This document shows, in pieces, positions 11,143 to 20,522 of a stretch of 64,000 nt of DNA. The notes beneath the pieces are model-generated. The model did no database searches. It saw only the letters and a list, made by a program, of their open reading frames with translations, and was not told where the DNA came from. How positions within the stretch are numbered: position 1 is the stretch's first letter; the number at the start of each line of letters is the position of its first letter. The stretch comes from Acidimicrobiaceae bacterium (lineage in GTDB: Bacteria; Actinomycetota; Acidimicrobiia; Acidimicrobiales; Ilumatobacteraceae), in contig JAHEDX010000010.1 in NCBI GenBank assembly GCA_024641005.1, forward strand, positions 9,212-73,211, written 5' to 3'. The translations under genes and the position numbers were made by a program.

Positions 11143-12288
11143 ATGGCAGTCACGAACGAGCAGCTCGTCGAAGCCCTCCGCCCGGTCCAGGATCCCGAAC
11201 TCCACCGTTCGATCGTCGAGCTCGGCATGTTGCGCCGGGCCGAACTCGATCGCGACGGAACGGCACAGATCCTGGTGGCGCTCACCATCGCCGGGTGCCC
11301 CTTGCGCAACGAGATCCAGAATCGGGTCGCTGGAGCAATCGCCCATCTCGACGGTGTCCGCAGCGTGAACCTCGAGTTCACCGTGATGACCGATCAGGAG
11401 CGTGAGGACCTTCGCAAGGTGCTGCACGGCGACGCCGGCGCGAGCGCCGGGTCGCAGCAGGCTCACGGCCACGCCGAGGGTCGAGCGATCCCGTTCGCCG
11501 AGGCCGGTTCGAAGACTCGCCCGTTGTTGATCTCGTCAGGCAAGGGTGGCGTCGGCAAGTCCAGCGTCACGACCAACCTGGCGGTGGCGTTGGCACAGCA
11601 GGGCTATTCGGTGGGCATCGTCGACGCCGACATCTATGGGTTCTCCGTTCCCCGAATGCTCGGCACCGATCGACCCCCGACGGTCATCGACCAAATGCTG
11701 ATCCCTCCCGCTCAATGGGGCGTGCGGTGTATCTCGATGGGCTATTTCGCCCCTCCCGGCGAGGCCGTCATCTGGCGAGGTCCGATGCTGCACAAGGCAC
11801 TCGAGCAGTTCCTCACCGACGTGTTCTGGGACGATCCCGACTTCTTGCTGATCGACATGCCGCCCGGCACGGGCGACATCGCCCTCAGCCTCAGCCAGTA
11901 CCTTCCCCGGGGCGAGGTGTACGTCGTCACGACGCCGCAGCCCGCGGCCCAGAAGGTGGCACGGATGTCAGCAGCGATGGCCGAGAAGGTCAACCTGCCG
12001 GTCAAGGGCATCATCGAGAACATGTCATGGTTCACCGGCGACGACGGCAAACGCTACGAGATCTTCGGTGCCGGCGGCGGCCGAGAACTCGCCGACGAAC
12101 TCGGGGTACCTCTGCTCGGGCAGCTCCCACTGGTGCCGGCGCTGCGCGAAGGGGGCGATGATGGTCGCCCCATCACCGCTGTCGACCCCGACAGCGAAGC
12201 CGCCCAACTGTTCCATGCGATCGCCCACACGATCGCCGTCGATCTGAAGCCGCGGAAGATCTTCAGCCCACAGCTGAAGGTCATCTGA
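11143..12288 (+). CDS. mrp: Mrp/NBP35 (ApbC) family ATPase with N-terminal DUF59 domain
   Basis: DPELHRSIVELGM and TIAGCP (DUF59); SGKGGVGKS, DADIYG, WRGPM, DMPPGTGD, ENMS. Confidence 0.92.
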   Translation: MAVTNEQLVEALRPVQDPELHRSIVELGMLRRAELDRDGTAQILVALTIAGCPLRNEIQNRVAGAIAHLDGVRSVNLEFTVMTDQEREDLRKVLHGDAGASAGSQQAHGHAEGRAIPFAEAGSKTRPLLISSGKGGVGKSSVTTNLAVALAQQGYSVGIVDADIYGFSVPRMLGTDRPPTVIDQMLIPPAQWGVRCISMGYFAPPGEAVIWRGPMLHKALEQFLTDVFWDDPDFLLIDMPPGTGDIALSLSQYLPRGEVYVVTTPQPAAQKVARMSAAMAEKVNLPVKGIIENMSWFTGDDGKRYEIFGAGGGRELADELGVPLLGQLPLVPALREGGDDGRPITAVDPDSEAAQLFHAIAHTIAVDLKPRKIFSPQLKVI

Positions 12289-12305
12289 CTCTCCGGGCGC
12301 CCGCC

Positions 12306-12644
12306 GTGGAGATCGTGCCGCGGTACAAGTTCGAACGATTGGTCGCCGACGCGCTCGACGGTCTGCCGAACGAGCTGTCGGACGTGCTCGACAACGTGGT
12401 CGTGCAGGTCTACGACCGCAACCCCGACGAGCCGGACCTGCTCGGCCTGTACGAGGGCACACCGCACACCGAGCGTTGGGGCGACGAGATTCCCGACCAG
12501 ATCTCGATCTATCGACACGCATTGTGCGAGATGAGCTCCGATCTCGATGAACTCGCTCGCGAGGTGTACGTCACCGTCATCCACGAGGTGGCCCACGCAG
12601 CGGGGATCGACGACGAGCGGCTGCACGAGCTGGGCTGGGCATGA
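12306..12644 (+). CDS. Zincin-like metallopeptidase family protein (Zincin_1)
   Basis: LLGLYEG...PDQISIYR...TVIHEVAH...GIDDERLHELGW. Confidence 0.85.
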   Translation: MEIVPRYKFERLVADALDGLPNELSDVLDNVVVQVYDRNPDEPDLLGLYEGTPHTERWGDEIPDQISIYRHALCEMSSDLDELAREVYVTVIHEVAHAAGIDDERLHELGWA

Positions 12645-12738
12645 TCGACCGGCACGGCCGGCGCCGGGCGGTTTTCCCGATGCCGGCGTTGTCTTGTGGG
12701 CTGTCGCCGTTCGATGTCGAGCGGATACCGTCTGGGGA

Positions 12739-13530
12739 GTGACGAACCTCCCACCGCCGCCTCCTGATGGTCGCGACTCGACGCCGCCACCGCCTCCACC
12801 ACCGAATCTGATCGCTCCGGCCGGCTACGTCGGTTACACACCGAGCCCGATGGGGTCGCTGCGGCTCAAGCGCGTCGGGGGCATGGGTCGGGCAGCGGTG
12901 ATCCTGATCGCCGCGTCGGCAATCTTTTCCGCGCTGGAAGTGATCTTCAGCCAGACGATCGCCGATGATGCCGAGACCTTTCTCGCCGGCGGCATGTCGT
13001 CGGAGGATTTCGTCAAGTCCGTGGCGCCGTACTTGATGATGGCCTTCATCCAGGGTGCCACGGTCATCGCCTCCGTCGTACTGGTCATGATCTGGATGTA
13101 TCGCGTGGCGTCGAACCATCGCTCGTTGCACCGCGGTGCTACCTGGGGTCCAGGGTGGGCGATCGGAGGGTGGTTCCTGCCGCCGCTGCTGTACATCATC
13201 CCGATGTTGATGCTTCGCGAGCTGTGGCGGGCGTCGGACCCCGAGGTGTCGATCGGCGGCGATTGGAAGTCGCGACCGGTGACACCGCTCATCACCATCT
13301 GGTTCGTGATCTACAGCCTCGTGCCGATCGGCTTGATGTTCGCCCAGAACGACACCGTGCTCGCGGGCCTGGGCGGTTCCGAGGAAGAACTGGCGAAGCA
13401 GATCTCCGGTGACCAGGGCATCGTGATCGCCAGCATGGTTGCAACGGTCGCGGCCGCAGCCGTGACCATCTCACTGATGAGGTCACTCACGAACCGCCAC
13501 CAGCACCTCACCGGTGAGATCACCGACTGA
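12739..13530 (+). CDS. DUF4328-like membrane protein with Pro-rich N-terminus
   Basis: W.YR...N..., GWAIGGWFLP, ELWRAS pattern; 4 TM; GTG start 7 nt after TACCGT. Confidence 0.7.
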   Translation: MTNLPPPPPDGRDSTPPPPPPPNLIAPAGYVGYTPSPMGSLRLKRVGGMGRAAVILIAASAIFSALEVIFSQTIADDAETFLAGGMSSEDFVKSVAPYLMMAFIQGATVIASVVLVMIWMYRVASNHRSLHRGATWGPGWAIGGWFLPPLLYIIPMLMLRELWRASDPEVSIGGDWKSRPVTPLITIWFVIYSLVPIGLMFAQNDTVLAGLGGSEEELAKQISGDQGIVIASMVATVAAAAVTISLMRSLTNRHQHLTGEITD

Positions 13531-13541
13531 CCGGCCCCGTC

Positions 13542-14009
13542 GTGACCCACCTGTACCTCGTCCGCCACGCCAAGGCGGGAGAACGGCGTCTCTGGACGGG
13601 TGACGACATCGACCGACCGCTCAGCAAGAAGGGCTGCAAGCAGGCCGAGCTGTTGGCGAGACGACTCGCCAAGTCCGATCCCGAGTTGTTGATCTCGAGC
13701 CCATACGTGCGCTGTGTGCAGACACTCGAGCCGCTGGCGAAGCGACTCGACCTCACCGTTCGCATCGAACAGCGGCTCTGTGAGGACGAACCGGCCGCGC
13801 CGGTGCTCGATCTACTGGCGGAGGTGTCGGCGAACACGATCTTGTGCAGTCACGGGGACATCATCCCCGCCACGCTCCAGGCGCTGCAGCGCACAGGAAC
13901 GAAGTTGCGCACGCCCACCGACTGGCGCAAGGCGACCGTCTGGGTGCTCAAGCGCAACAAGAAGGGCGCGATCGTCGAGGCCACGGTGTGGCCTCCGCCG
14001 ATCGTGTGA
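13542..14009 (+). CDS. Histidine phosphatase family protein (SixA/MutT1-C-like)
   Basis: LVRHAKAG, DRPLS, SSPYVRCVQT, CSHGD. Confidence 0.85.
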   Translation: MTHLYLVRHAKAGERRLWTGDDIDRPLSKKGCKQAELLARRLAKSDPELLISSPYVRCVQTLEPLAKRLDLTVRIEQRLCEDEPAAPVLDLLAEVSANTILCSHGDIIPATLQALQRTGTKLRTPTDWRKATVWVLKRNKKGAIVEATVWPPPIV

Positions 14010-14016
14010 GGCCGAT

Positions 14017-14430
14017 CTACACCCCTCGGCCGACCGCGATGAGCAACACCACGATCGCGAACGAAACGCTGCCGAGCACGAGCCCGGCGATCGCTCGGCC
14101 CCGGCCACCGATCGCTGGATCCTGCTTGGCGCGGTTCATGCCGATGCCGCCGAACACGACGGCGAGTATCGAGGGAACGAGCACCAAGCAGAACGGGATG
14201 CTGATGATCCCGAGCACCAGCGATGCCGTCGCGAGCCCGTTGCCGGGCGGACGCTGGCCATACCCCGGCAGAGGGGCCCCGGTAGGTCCGAAGCCCGGCG
14301 GACCATACCCGGGTGGGCCCGAAGGCGGCGGAGGCGGCGGCGGAGCACCACCGCCGGGTGGTGGTGGAGGCGGGGGCGGAGGAGGCGGCGGAGCACCTGG
14401 AGGCGGGGGCGTGTCGGGGCTCGACATCAC
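14017..14430 (-). CDS. DUF4190-like membrane protein with poly-Pro N-terminus
   Basis: NGLATASLVLGI...GRGRAIAGLVLG signature; long Pro runs. Confidence 0.8.
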   Translation of the reverse strand: MMSSPDTPPPPGAPPPPPPPPPPPPGGGAPPPPPPPSGPPGYGPPGFGPTGAPLPGYGQRPPGNGLATASLVLGIISIPFCLVLVPSILAVVFGGIGMNRAKQDPAIGGRGRAIAGLVLGSVSFAIVVLLIAVGRGV

Positions 14431-14437
14431 ATCAACC

Positions 14438-15193
14438 CTATTGGTCGGCGGCGTCGATCTCAGCGATCACGGTCTGGCGCAGCGACTCCACCAGGCCCCT
14501 CACATCGGCAGGTGGTCCACCCGCAAGACATCCATCGAGCAAGGTGAGCGCCAACTCGGGCTCATCGAAGAACCGGTACTGCACGATCCCGAGGAAGCAG
14601 AACGGGTCGGGATAGGTCGGGTCCGTCTCGATCGCCAACAGCAACGACGCTGACGCCTCGTCGAGCAGCGGCCCCGCGACGGCCTGGTCGGTCTCACCCA
14701 TGCTCGACAACGCCAGCGTCCAACCCCGATAGGTCAACGCCTCGACATTGAGCGGTTCCTGCTCGAGCACCGTCGCGTACAACGCTGCGGCCGAGGCCGG
14801 ATCGCGCGCCTGGACGGCACGCGCCTGCGACATCAGGACCTGCACCCCGTCACGCGGGTCGAGTCCGGAGATCTGCTGACCGGGCAGTCGTTGCGCCGAG
14901 GACGCCGACAGCGCCCACCACACGAGACCGATCGACACCACCACGATGCCCAGCGTGATCAATCGTCGCGACCAGTTGGCGGGAGGGCGCGGCGCCAGAC
15001 CGGATCGCCCTTCCTCGACGGCACGCAGCGTGGCCGCGGCGCGAACCGTATAGCCGTCCTTGAGGGCGAGGTAGTCGACATCGTCGACATCACCCACGGC
15101 GTGCTCGCGTTCGAGATCCGCGAGGGACCGCAACAAGAACCGCTGCTCTTCCTCGAGCGCTGCCAGCCGGTCAGGGTCGGTCGCGCGCGTCAT
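14438..15193 (-). CDS. CcmI/CycH-like TPR protein
   Basis: LADLEREHAVGDVDDVDY (CcmI N-terminal-like), one TM, TPR-like helices; last gene of the ccm operon. Confidence 0.65.
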   Translation of the reverse strand: MTRATDPDRLAALEEEQRFLLRSLADLEREHAVGDVDDVDYLALKDGYTVRAAATLRAVEEGRSGLAPRPPANWSRRLITLGIVVVSIGLVWWALSASSAQRLPGQQISGLDPRDGVQVLMSQARAVQARDPASAAALYATVLEQEPLNVEALTYRGWTLALSSMGETDQAVAGPLLDEASASLLLAIETDPTYPDPFCFLGIVQYRFFDEPELALTLLDGCLAGGPPADVRGLVESLRQTVIAEIDAADQ

Positions 15194-15707
15194 CCTGCTG
15201 CTCCTCCGACGACTCCAGCGCAAGGGCGCGTGCCACCAACTCGTAATCCTCGGGCGTGGCAGCACCGAGCGACCGGGCGCTGCGCTGCCATCGCCGGAAC
15301 GCCACCACCAGTCCCGCTGCTCCGAGCACGAACGCCGCCGCCGGCAGCGCCCAGGCGAGTGCCTCGACGCCGCTGCCGGTCGGGACGAGCAGCTCCTCAC
15401 CCTCGTAGGCAACGGTGATCTGTTGGATGATCTGCTCATCGCTCAATCGACCTTCGTCGACCCCTTGCCGGATCGCCTCACGTATCTGGTTCGAGGCCGT
15501 GTTGCGCGACTCGTACACGCTCTCTCCCTGGCACACGGGACAGGCCAGCCGTTTCGAGATTGCCTCGATCCGCTCGTCGGGCGTGCGGGGCCCCGTGTCG
15601 CGTGTGGTCCCGACGACGATGAGGCCGACCGCAACCAGTATCAACAGCACCCAACCCGTCCATCCCTTGGCGCGCCGGTTCAGGTCGCTCGGCGTCGAGG
15701 TGCTCAC
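15171..15707 (-). CDS. ccmH: Cytochrome c biogenesis protein CcmH
   Basis: LACPVCQGESVYES motif; TM followed by WALP. Confidence 0.9.
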   Translation of the reverse strand: MSTSTPSDLNRRAKGWTGWVLLILVAVGLIVVGTTRDTGPRTPDERIEAISKRLACPVCQGESVYESRNTASNQIREAIRQGVDEGRLSDEQIIQQITVAYEGEELLVPTGSGVEALAWALPAAAFVLGAAGLVVAFRRWQRSARSLGAATPEDYELVARALALESSEEQQDDARDRP

Positions 15708-16303
15708 GGTGCTCCCTCGCGCATGGCCTGGAGCGCTGCGCTGAGACCATCAGCGGTGACCTCGCTGATGTAGCGGCGCCGAACGAACCCATTCGGATCG
15801 ATGACCCACGTCTCGGGCACCAGCGCGACGCCGAATCCGTTCACGAACTCGTACCGGTCATCGAACACGACCGGCCAATCGCCGCCACGCTCTGCAAAGA
15901 ACTGAGCGACCTCCTCACGGGTGCTGTCGCGCACGATCGAGTAGAACTCGGCGCCATCGACGCCCAAGGCCCGTTGCTGATCGACGAACTCGATCAACTC
16001 GGGATGTTCTCTGATGCACGGGACACAGTCGTGGGTGAAGAAATTGAGCACGACCCAGCTGCCCTTACGGCGCGACAACTCGAAATTGCCTCCGTCCTCG
16101 AAGACACCGGACACGGCGGGCGCCGGGTTGCCGAGCAGCGGTGACGCAGCCGTCTCGCCACCCGGCGAGTTTGCCGTGAACAACACGACGAACAACCCGG
16201 CCAACAGCACGGCGACCACGGCAACGACATACGGGGCGACCCGCCTCGGCGCGCCACCGGCGCGATCGTCAGGGTTCGGCCGGGCGGCCTCGACCTCAGT
16301 CAC
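15704..16303 (-). CDS. ccmG: Membrane-anchored thiol:disulfide oxidoreductase (CcmG/TlpA-like)
   Basis: N-terminal TM, VVLNFF..CVPC, GVALVPETWVIDPNG; located between ccmF and ccmH. Confidence 0.8.
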   Translation of the reverse strand: MTEVEAARPNPDDRAGGAPRRVAPYVVAVVAVLLAGLFVVLFTANSPGGETAASPLLGNPAPAVSGVFEDGGNFELSRRKGSWVVLNFFTHDCVPCIREHPELIEFVDQQRALGVDGAEFYSIVRDSTREEVAQFFAERGGDWPVVFDDRYEFVNGFGVALVPETWVIDPNGFVRRRYISEVTADGLSAALQAMREGAP

Positions 16304-18332
16304 CCGACACCACATCCTCGCCACGCGTTTCGATCGGCGACTCGACGGGCGACTCGACCGGTTCGGGAACCATTGCCGAAACCGGCTCGAGCGGGTTGCG
16401 GCGTCGACGCCCGGGGAATGCCGACAACACCGTACCGACAGCCATCAGCAGCCCGCCGATCCAGAGCCACAGGATCAGCGGCTTGCGGAACACCTCGAGC
16501 ACCGCCGAGTCGCTGCCGGCGACCGGCGCATTCGTGCCCGCGATCGTGAGATACACGTCATGGGTCAGCCCGGTGCGCACGCTCGGTGTACCGATCGGTT
16601 GACCCATTTGCAGATAGGTGGTGATCGCTGGTCCGTAGATCCGGTCGTCATCGAGCCGCACGTTGGCCCGTGCGACGTCGGTACGCGGCGTGGTCTCGGC
16701 GACGATGTCGACCAGCTCGAACGTATGGCCGCCCCACTCGACCGGGTCACCGACCGTCAGATGCAGCTCGGTCGATTCGGTGTATGCGTTGGAGGCGACG
16801 AGTGCCACGGCAACCAGGATCACCCCCAGGTGCACGACCATGCCACCATTGGCGCGCCCCACCAGGCCGCGCCAACCCTGACGACGGGTGGCCAGGGCGA
16901 TCTGGCGCAGCGCCGAACCGGCGGCGAAACCGGCGAGCGCGAACGCGATCAACGGTGCCCATCCCGTGGCGCCCACCGCGACTGCGACACCCAGCGCCCC
17001 GACACCACACCAAGCCGGCCAGAACAGCCGCTCGCGTAGCAGTTCGGTGGATGCCTTGCGCCATGGCAACACCGGCGCGACCGCCATCAAGAACAACAGG
17101 GCGAGGCCGATCGGCATCGACAGACGGTCGAAATATGGCGATCCGACGACAGTGCGGCGATCTTGCAGGGCCTCGACGATCAGCGGGAAGACCGTTCCCA
17201 ACAAGACGATGAACGCGAACACGGTGAAGATCACGTTGTTGGCGAGGAATGCGCCCTCGCGCGACAGGGGTGAATCGATCGCGCCCGGCGACCGCAGACG
17301 GTCGCCGCGCCACGCGATCAAGCCGAGTGAGACCACCACGACCAATCCGAAGAACCCGAGCAGGTACCCGTCGATCTGGCCGGCGGAAAACGCGTGCACG
17401 CTGTTGATGATCCCCGACCGGGTGAGGAACGTACCCAGGATGGTGAGCGCGAACGTGGCAACGAGCAGGCTGAGGTTCCAGACCCGCAACATGCCTCGCC
17501 GCTGTTGCACGAGCACCGAGTGGATGTACGCCGTGCCCGTCAACCAGGGAAGCAGCGAGGCGTTCTCGACCGGGTCCCATGCCCACACACCCGACCAGCC
17601 GAGCACCTCGTAGCTCCACCAGCCACCGAGCAGGATGCCGATCGTCAAGAACCCCCAGGAGAACAGCGCCCAGCGGCGGGTTTCGAGCAGCCAGCCCTCC
17701 CCCACCCGTCCTGTGATCAAGGCCGCGATGGCGAACGCGAACGGCACGGTGAACCCCACATAGCCGAGGTACAGGATGGGTGGATGGAAGAGCACCAGGA
17801 TGTGGTTCTGGAGCAACGGATTGGGGCCGCGTCCATCGAACCCGACCGGCACGGTGGCTCCGGCAGCGAACGGGTTGGCCGGACCGAAACTGACCAGTGC
17901 GAAGAACGTGCACACCAGGAACATGACGACCAGCGCCCACGCGACGAGAGGGTCGTCGGCACGCTTGCGGAACCGCCAGGCGACGGCCGCAGTGAAACCG
18001 GCCAACACCAACACCCACAGCAGGATCGACCCCTCGAGAGCGCTCCACATCGCCGCGACGTTGTAGATGCCGGGGGTCGAATTCGACCCCACCTTCTGGA
18101 TGTAGTCGAGGGAATAGTCGCGAGTGTGGAGCGCCCGCTGCATGGCGATCACCGCGAGCAACGCACCCGCCAGGATCATCCAGGCATACACCGTCGCCTG
18201 TCGGATCCCTTTTCGATTGCCCACCACGATCGCGAACCCCGTGGAGAGTGCGCCGACGAAGGCGGCAGCCAGCATCAGCAACAGCCCGGCGTGGCCGAGC
18301 GCTCCATTGAGGCTGACCGCGATCACCGGCAC
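16296..18332 (-). CDS. ccmF: Heme lyase CcmF
   Basis: EGSILLW, NPLLQN, HPPILYLGY, WSYEVLGWSGVWAWDPVENASLLPW, TRSG..SVHAF. Confidence 0.96.
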   Translation of the reverse strand: MPVIAVSLNGALGHAGLLLMLAAAFVGALSTGFAIVVGNRKGIRQATVYAWMILAGALLAVIAMQRALHTRDYSLDYIQKVGSNSTPGIYNVAAMWSALEGSILLWVLVLAGFTAAVAWRFRKRADDPLVAWALVVMFLVCTFFALVSFGPANPFAAGATVPVGFDGRGPNPLLQNHILVLFHPPILYLGYVGFTVPFAFAIAALITGRVGEGWLLETRRWALFSWGFLTIGILLGGWWSYEVLGWSGVWAWDPVENASLLPWLTGTAYIHSVLVQQRRGMLRVWNLSLLVATFALTILGTFLTRSGIINSVHAFSAGQIDGYLLGFFGLVVVVSLGLIAWRGDRLRSPGAIDSPLSREGAFLANNVIFTVFAFIVLLGTVFPLIVEALQDRRTVVGSPYFDRLSMPIGLALLFLMAVAPVLPWRKASTELLRERLFWPAWCGVGALGVAVAVGATGWAPLIAFALAGFAAGSALRQIALATRRQGWRGLVGRANGGMVVHLGVILVAVALVASNAYTESTELHLTVGDPVEWGGHTFELVDIVAETTPRTDVARANVRLDDDRIYGPAITTYLQMGQPIGTPSVRTGLTHDVYLTIAGTNAPVAGSDSAVLEVFRKPLILWLWIGGLLMAVGTVLSAFPGRRRRNPLEPVSAMVPEPVESPVESPIETRGEDVVSGD

Positions 18333-18369
18333 CCCGAGAGCACAGACAGTCCAGGCATCGCGCTATCGC

Positions 18370-18867
18370 TCAGGGCGTTCCGGTCTCACACGCGTCGGCG
18401 AGTGCGTCGGATTCGGCGAGGCGCTCGTCGTTGACAGCGACGTACTCATCGGAATGCTTCACCTCGACCCGATCACCCAGGAACGTGTCACTGGCGGTGT
18501 CGAAATGACCGTGTACGACGACCGGGATGCACTCCTTGAAGATCCCACCGGGCTCGCCGTCATAGCTGACCGCCATCTCGGCGCCGTTGAACGCGATCAC
18601 GAAATCGGTGTCGCTGCCTGCGGATCTCACCGTGCCACGCTGGACGACGCCCTGGACCCGCAACCGCCGATTGACATCGCATCCGGATCGTGTGCCGACC
18701 TCGTCGACGTTGCAGTAATAGTCGACTGCCGAACGGAGGAACTGGGTGACGATGACGCCACCCGCGACGAGCACGCCGGCGATCACGATCATCGGCAACC
18801 ATTTGCGCTTGGTGCCGGCCGCAGGCGATGGCGTTTCGGGCCCGGTGCGGGGCGAGAGATCGGTCAC
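18370..18867 (-). CDS. ccmE: Heme chaperone CcmE
   Basis: N-terminal TM, RLRVQGVV, PGGIFKE, heme-binding KHSDEY (HxxxY). Confidence 0.9.
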   Translation of the reverse strand: MTDLSPRTGPETPSPAAGTKRKWLPMIVIAGVLVAGGVIVTQFLRSAVDYYCNVDEVGTRSGCDVNRRLRVQGVVQRGTVRSAGSDTDFVIAFNGAEMAVSYDGEPGGIFKECIPVVVHGHFDTASDTFLGDRVEVKHSDEYVAVNDERLAESDALADACETGTP

Positions 18868-18868
18868 G

Positions 18869-19024
18869 TCAGGTCCAGTACTTGTCGTCGTCGTCGATAC
18901 GGTCGGCGAGTCGGCGTCCACCGCGCAGCACCCGCCAGGTGAACCCGGCGATCACCGCGAACGTCAGGACATAGCTGCCGATGATGAAGCCTGCGTCTTC
19001 CATTGCGATCACACCGGCACTCAT
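18869..19024 (-). CDS. ccmD: Heme exporter subunit CcmD (51 aa)
   Basis: Small protein with one TM and a basic/acidic tail (FIIGSYVLTF...RRLADRIDDDDKYWT); ATGA overlap with ccmC; sits between ccmC and ccmE. Confidence 0.75.
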   Translation of the reverse strand: MSAGVIAMEDAGFIIGSYVLTFAVIAGFTWRVLRGGRRLADRIDDDDKYWT

Positions 19025-19809
19025 GACGTTGCCTCCGCCCGACGGGCATCGATCGCCCGGTCGAGCCCCTGGTCGTCGAGTTGATCCTCCATGGCCATCA
19101 CCCGGCTGCGATGCAACAACAGCCAGACGTACAACAAGGTGAAGGCGACCACACCGACGAACAAGCTGAACAGCATCAGACCGTCCATGTCGACGTCTCC
19201 GTTGGTGTTGAGCACGGTCGCTTCCTGGTGCAGGCTGCGCCACAGACGAACCGACCAGTGAACGAGCGGGATCTCCAACACGGCGAGCAGGCCGATGATC
19301 GCGGAACGTTTGGCGCGCTGGTCGTGGCTACCACCCAGTCCCCGCACCGCCAGATATCCCACATACGACACGAACAGCAATGCCGTGGTCGTGAGACGGG
19401 CGTCCCACTGCCAGTAGACGCCCCACGTGAGCTTGCCCCACAACATGCCCGTCGCCAGCGAGAGCGCCATGAACACCACGCCGATCTCGGCGCTCGCTCC
19501 GGCGAACCGGTCGAACCCGAGCGAGTGCTTCTTCGTGAACAGGTACAGCCCCGAGCAGGCCGCGGTGACGGTGAACGCCAGATATGCCAGCCAGACCGTC
19601 GGCACGTGCACGTACATGATGCGCACCGCCTCCTCCTGGTCTCGGTCGGCAGGCGAGAAGCCGAGGCCGAAGGCGACCAGCCACCCCATCGTGACCAGCG
19701 TCGCGATCCCGAACATCCTCGTCGCAAACGTGCCGGTACCCGAGCGGGCGCCGCCGTCGACTTGTTCGGCCGGCGCTTCGGTGGCCCGAGTGGGCGATGG
19801 TGGGGTCAT
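19021..19809 (-). CDS. ccmC: Heme exporter/heme-handling protein CcmC
   Basis: RIMYVHVP, WWD motif WGKLTWGVYWQWDARLT, VHWSV.LWRSLHQ. Confidence 0.94.
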   Translation of the reverse strand: MTPPSPTRATEAPAEQVDGGARSGTGTFATRMFGIATLVTMGWLVAFGLGFSPADRDQEEAVRIMYVHVPTVWLAYLAFTVTAACSGLYLFTKKHSLGFDRFAGASAEIGVVFMALSLATGMLWGKLTWGVYWQWDARLTTTALLFVSYVGYLAVRGLGGSHDQRAKRSAIIGLLAVLEIPLVHWSVRLWRSLHQEATVLNTNGDVDMDGLMLFSLFVGVVAFTLLYVWLLLHRSRVMAMEDQLDDQGLDRAIDARRAEATS

Positions 19810-19832
19810 GGAGTTCCGTTCACGTCGATCGA

Positions 19833-20522
19833 TCACGTCGCTTCTTCGATCAGTGGACCGAACGCCAGAGCACCACCGACACCAAAGGCGACGGCGAACA
19901 CGGCGAGCAGACCGATCCACGGCCAACCCTCCGAGAGCGCCACCCCACCGGTGCCGAGCGCTGACTCCACCGCTCGCGTCGCCCCGATCAGGACGGGCGC
20001 CACCACCGGAAGCACGAGCAGCGGGAGCAGCGTCTCGCGACCAGTGAATCCTGCGGTGAGGCCTCCGTACAGCGTACCGACGCAGGCCAGCCCGCAGGTC
20101 GCGGTCACCAGGGTTGTGAGCAACAGCACGACACCACCCAACGGCACCTCGGCCCCGTACAGCAGCACGGCGGCGATCAACAGCATCACTTCGAGCACCG
20201 CCAACTGCACGCCCAGGGCGATCGACTTGCCCCAGTAGACGGCGACCGGGTCGACGCCGGCCACCCGCAATGCGTCGAGCGCCCCGTCCTCGCCTTCGAT
20301 CGAGAACGACCGCTGCACCAGGACCAGCAGGCTGAACAGCGTCGCCAGCCAGATCAGGCCGGGCGCCACTCGTTCGAGCAGATTCGACGCGTCGAGTGCG
20401 AACGCGAACATCACCATCGTCACCCCCGCGAACGGGAGCACCTGATTGGTCAGCACCTTGCTGCGCCGCTCGATCCGCAGGTCCTTGCCGGCGATCAGCC
20501 GCGCGATTCTCCAGCGGTTCAC
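19833..20522 (-). CDS. ccmB: Heme exporter permease CcmB
   Basis: KDLRIERRS, EGEDGALD, RETLLPLLVLP. Confidence 0.92.
   Translation of the reverse strand: MNRWRIARLIAGKDLRIERRSKVLTNQVLPFAGVTMVMFAFALDASNLLERVAPGLIWLATLFSLLVLVQRSFSIEGEDGALDALRVAGVDPVAVYWGKSIALGVQLAVLEVMLLIAAVLLYGAEVPLGGVVLLLTTLVTATCGLACVGTLYGGLTAGFTGRETLLPLLVLPVVAPVLIGATRAVESALGTGGVALSEGWPWIGLLAVFAVAFGVGGALAFGPLIEEAT

Noticed and set aside
14320..14412. GGC/GGA/GGT-rich repeat tract
   Set aside because: It simply encodes the poly-Pro N-terminus of the DUF4190-like protein on the minus strand; not an array
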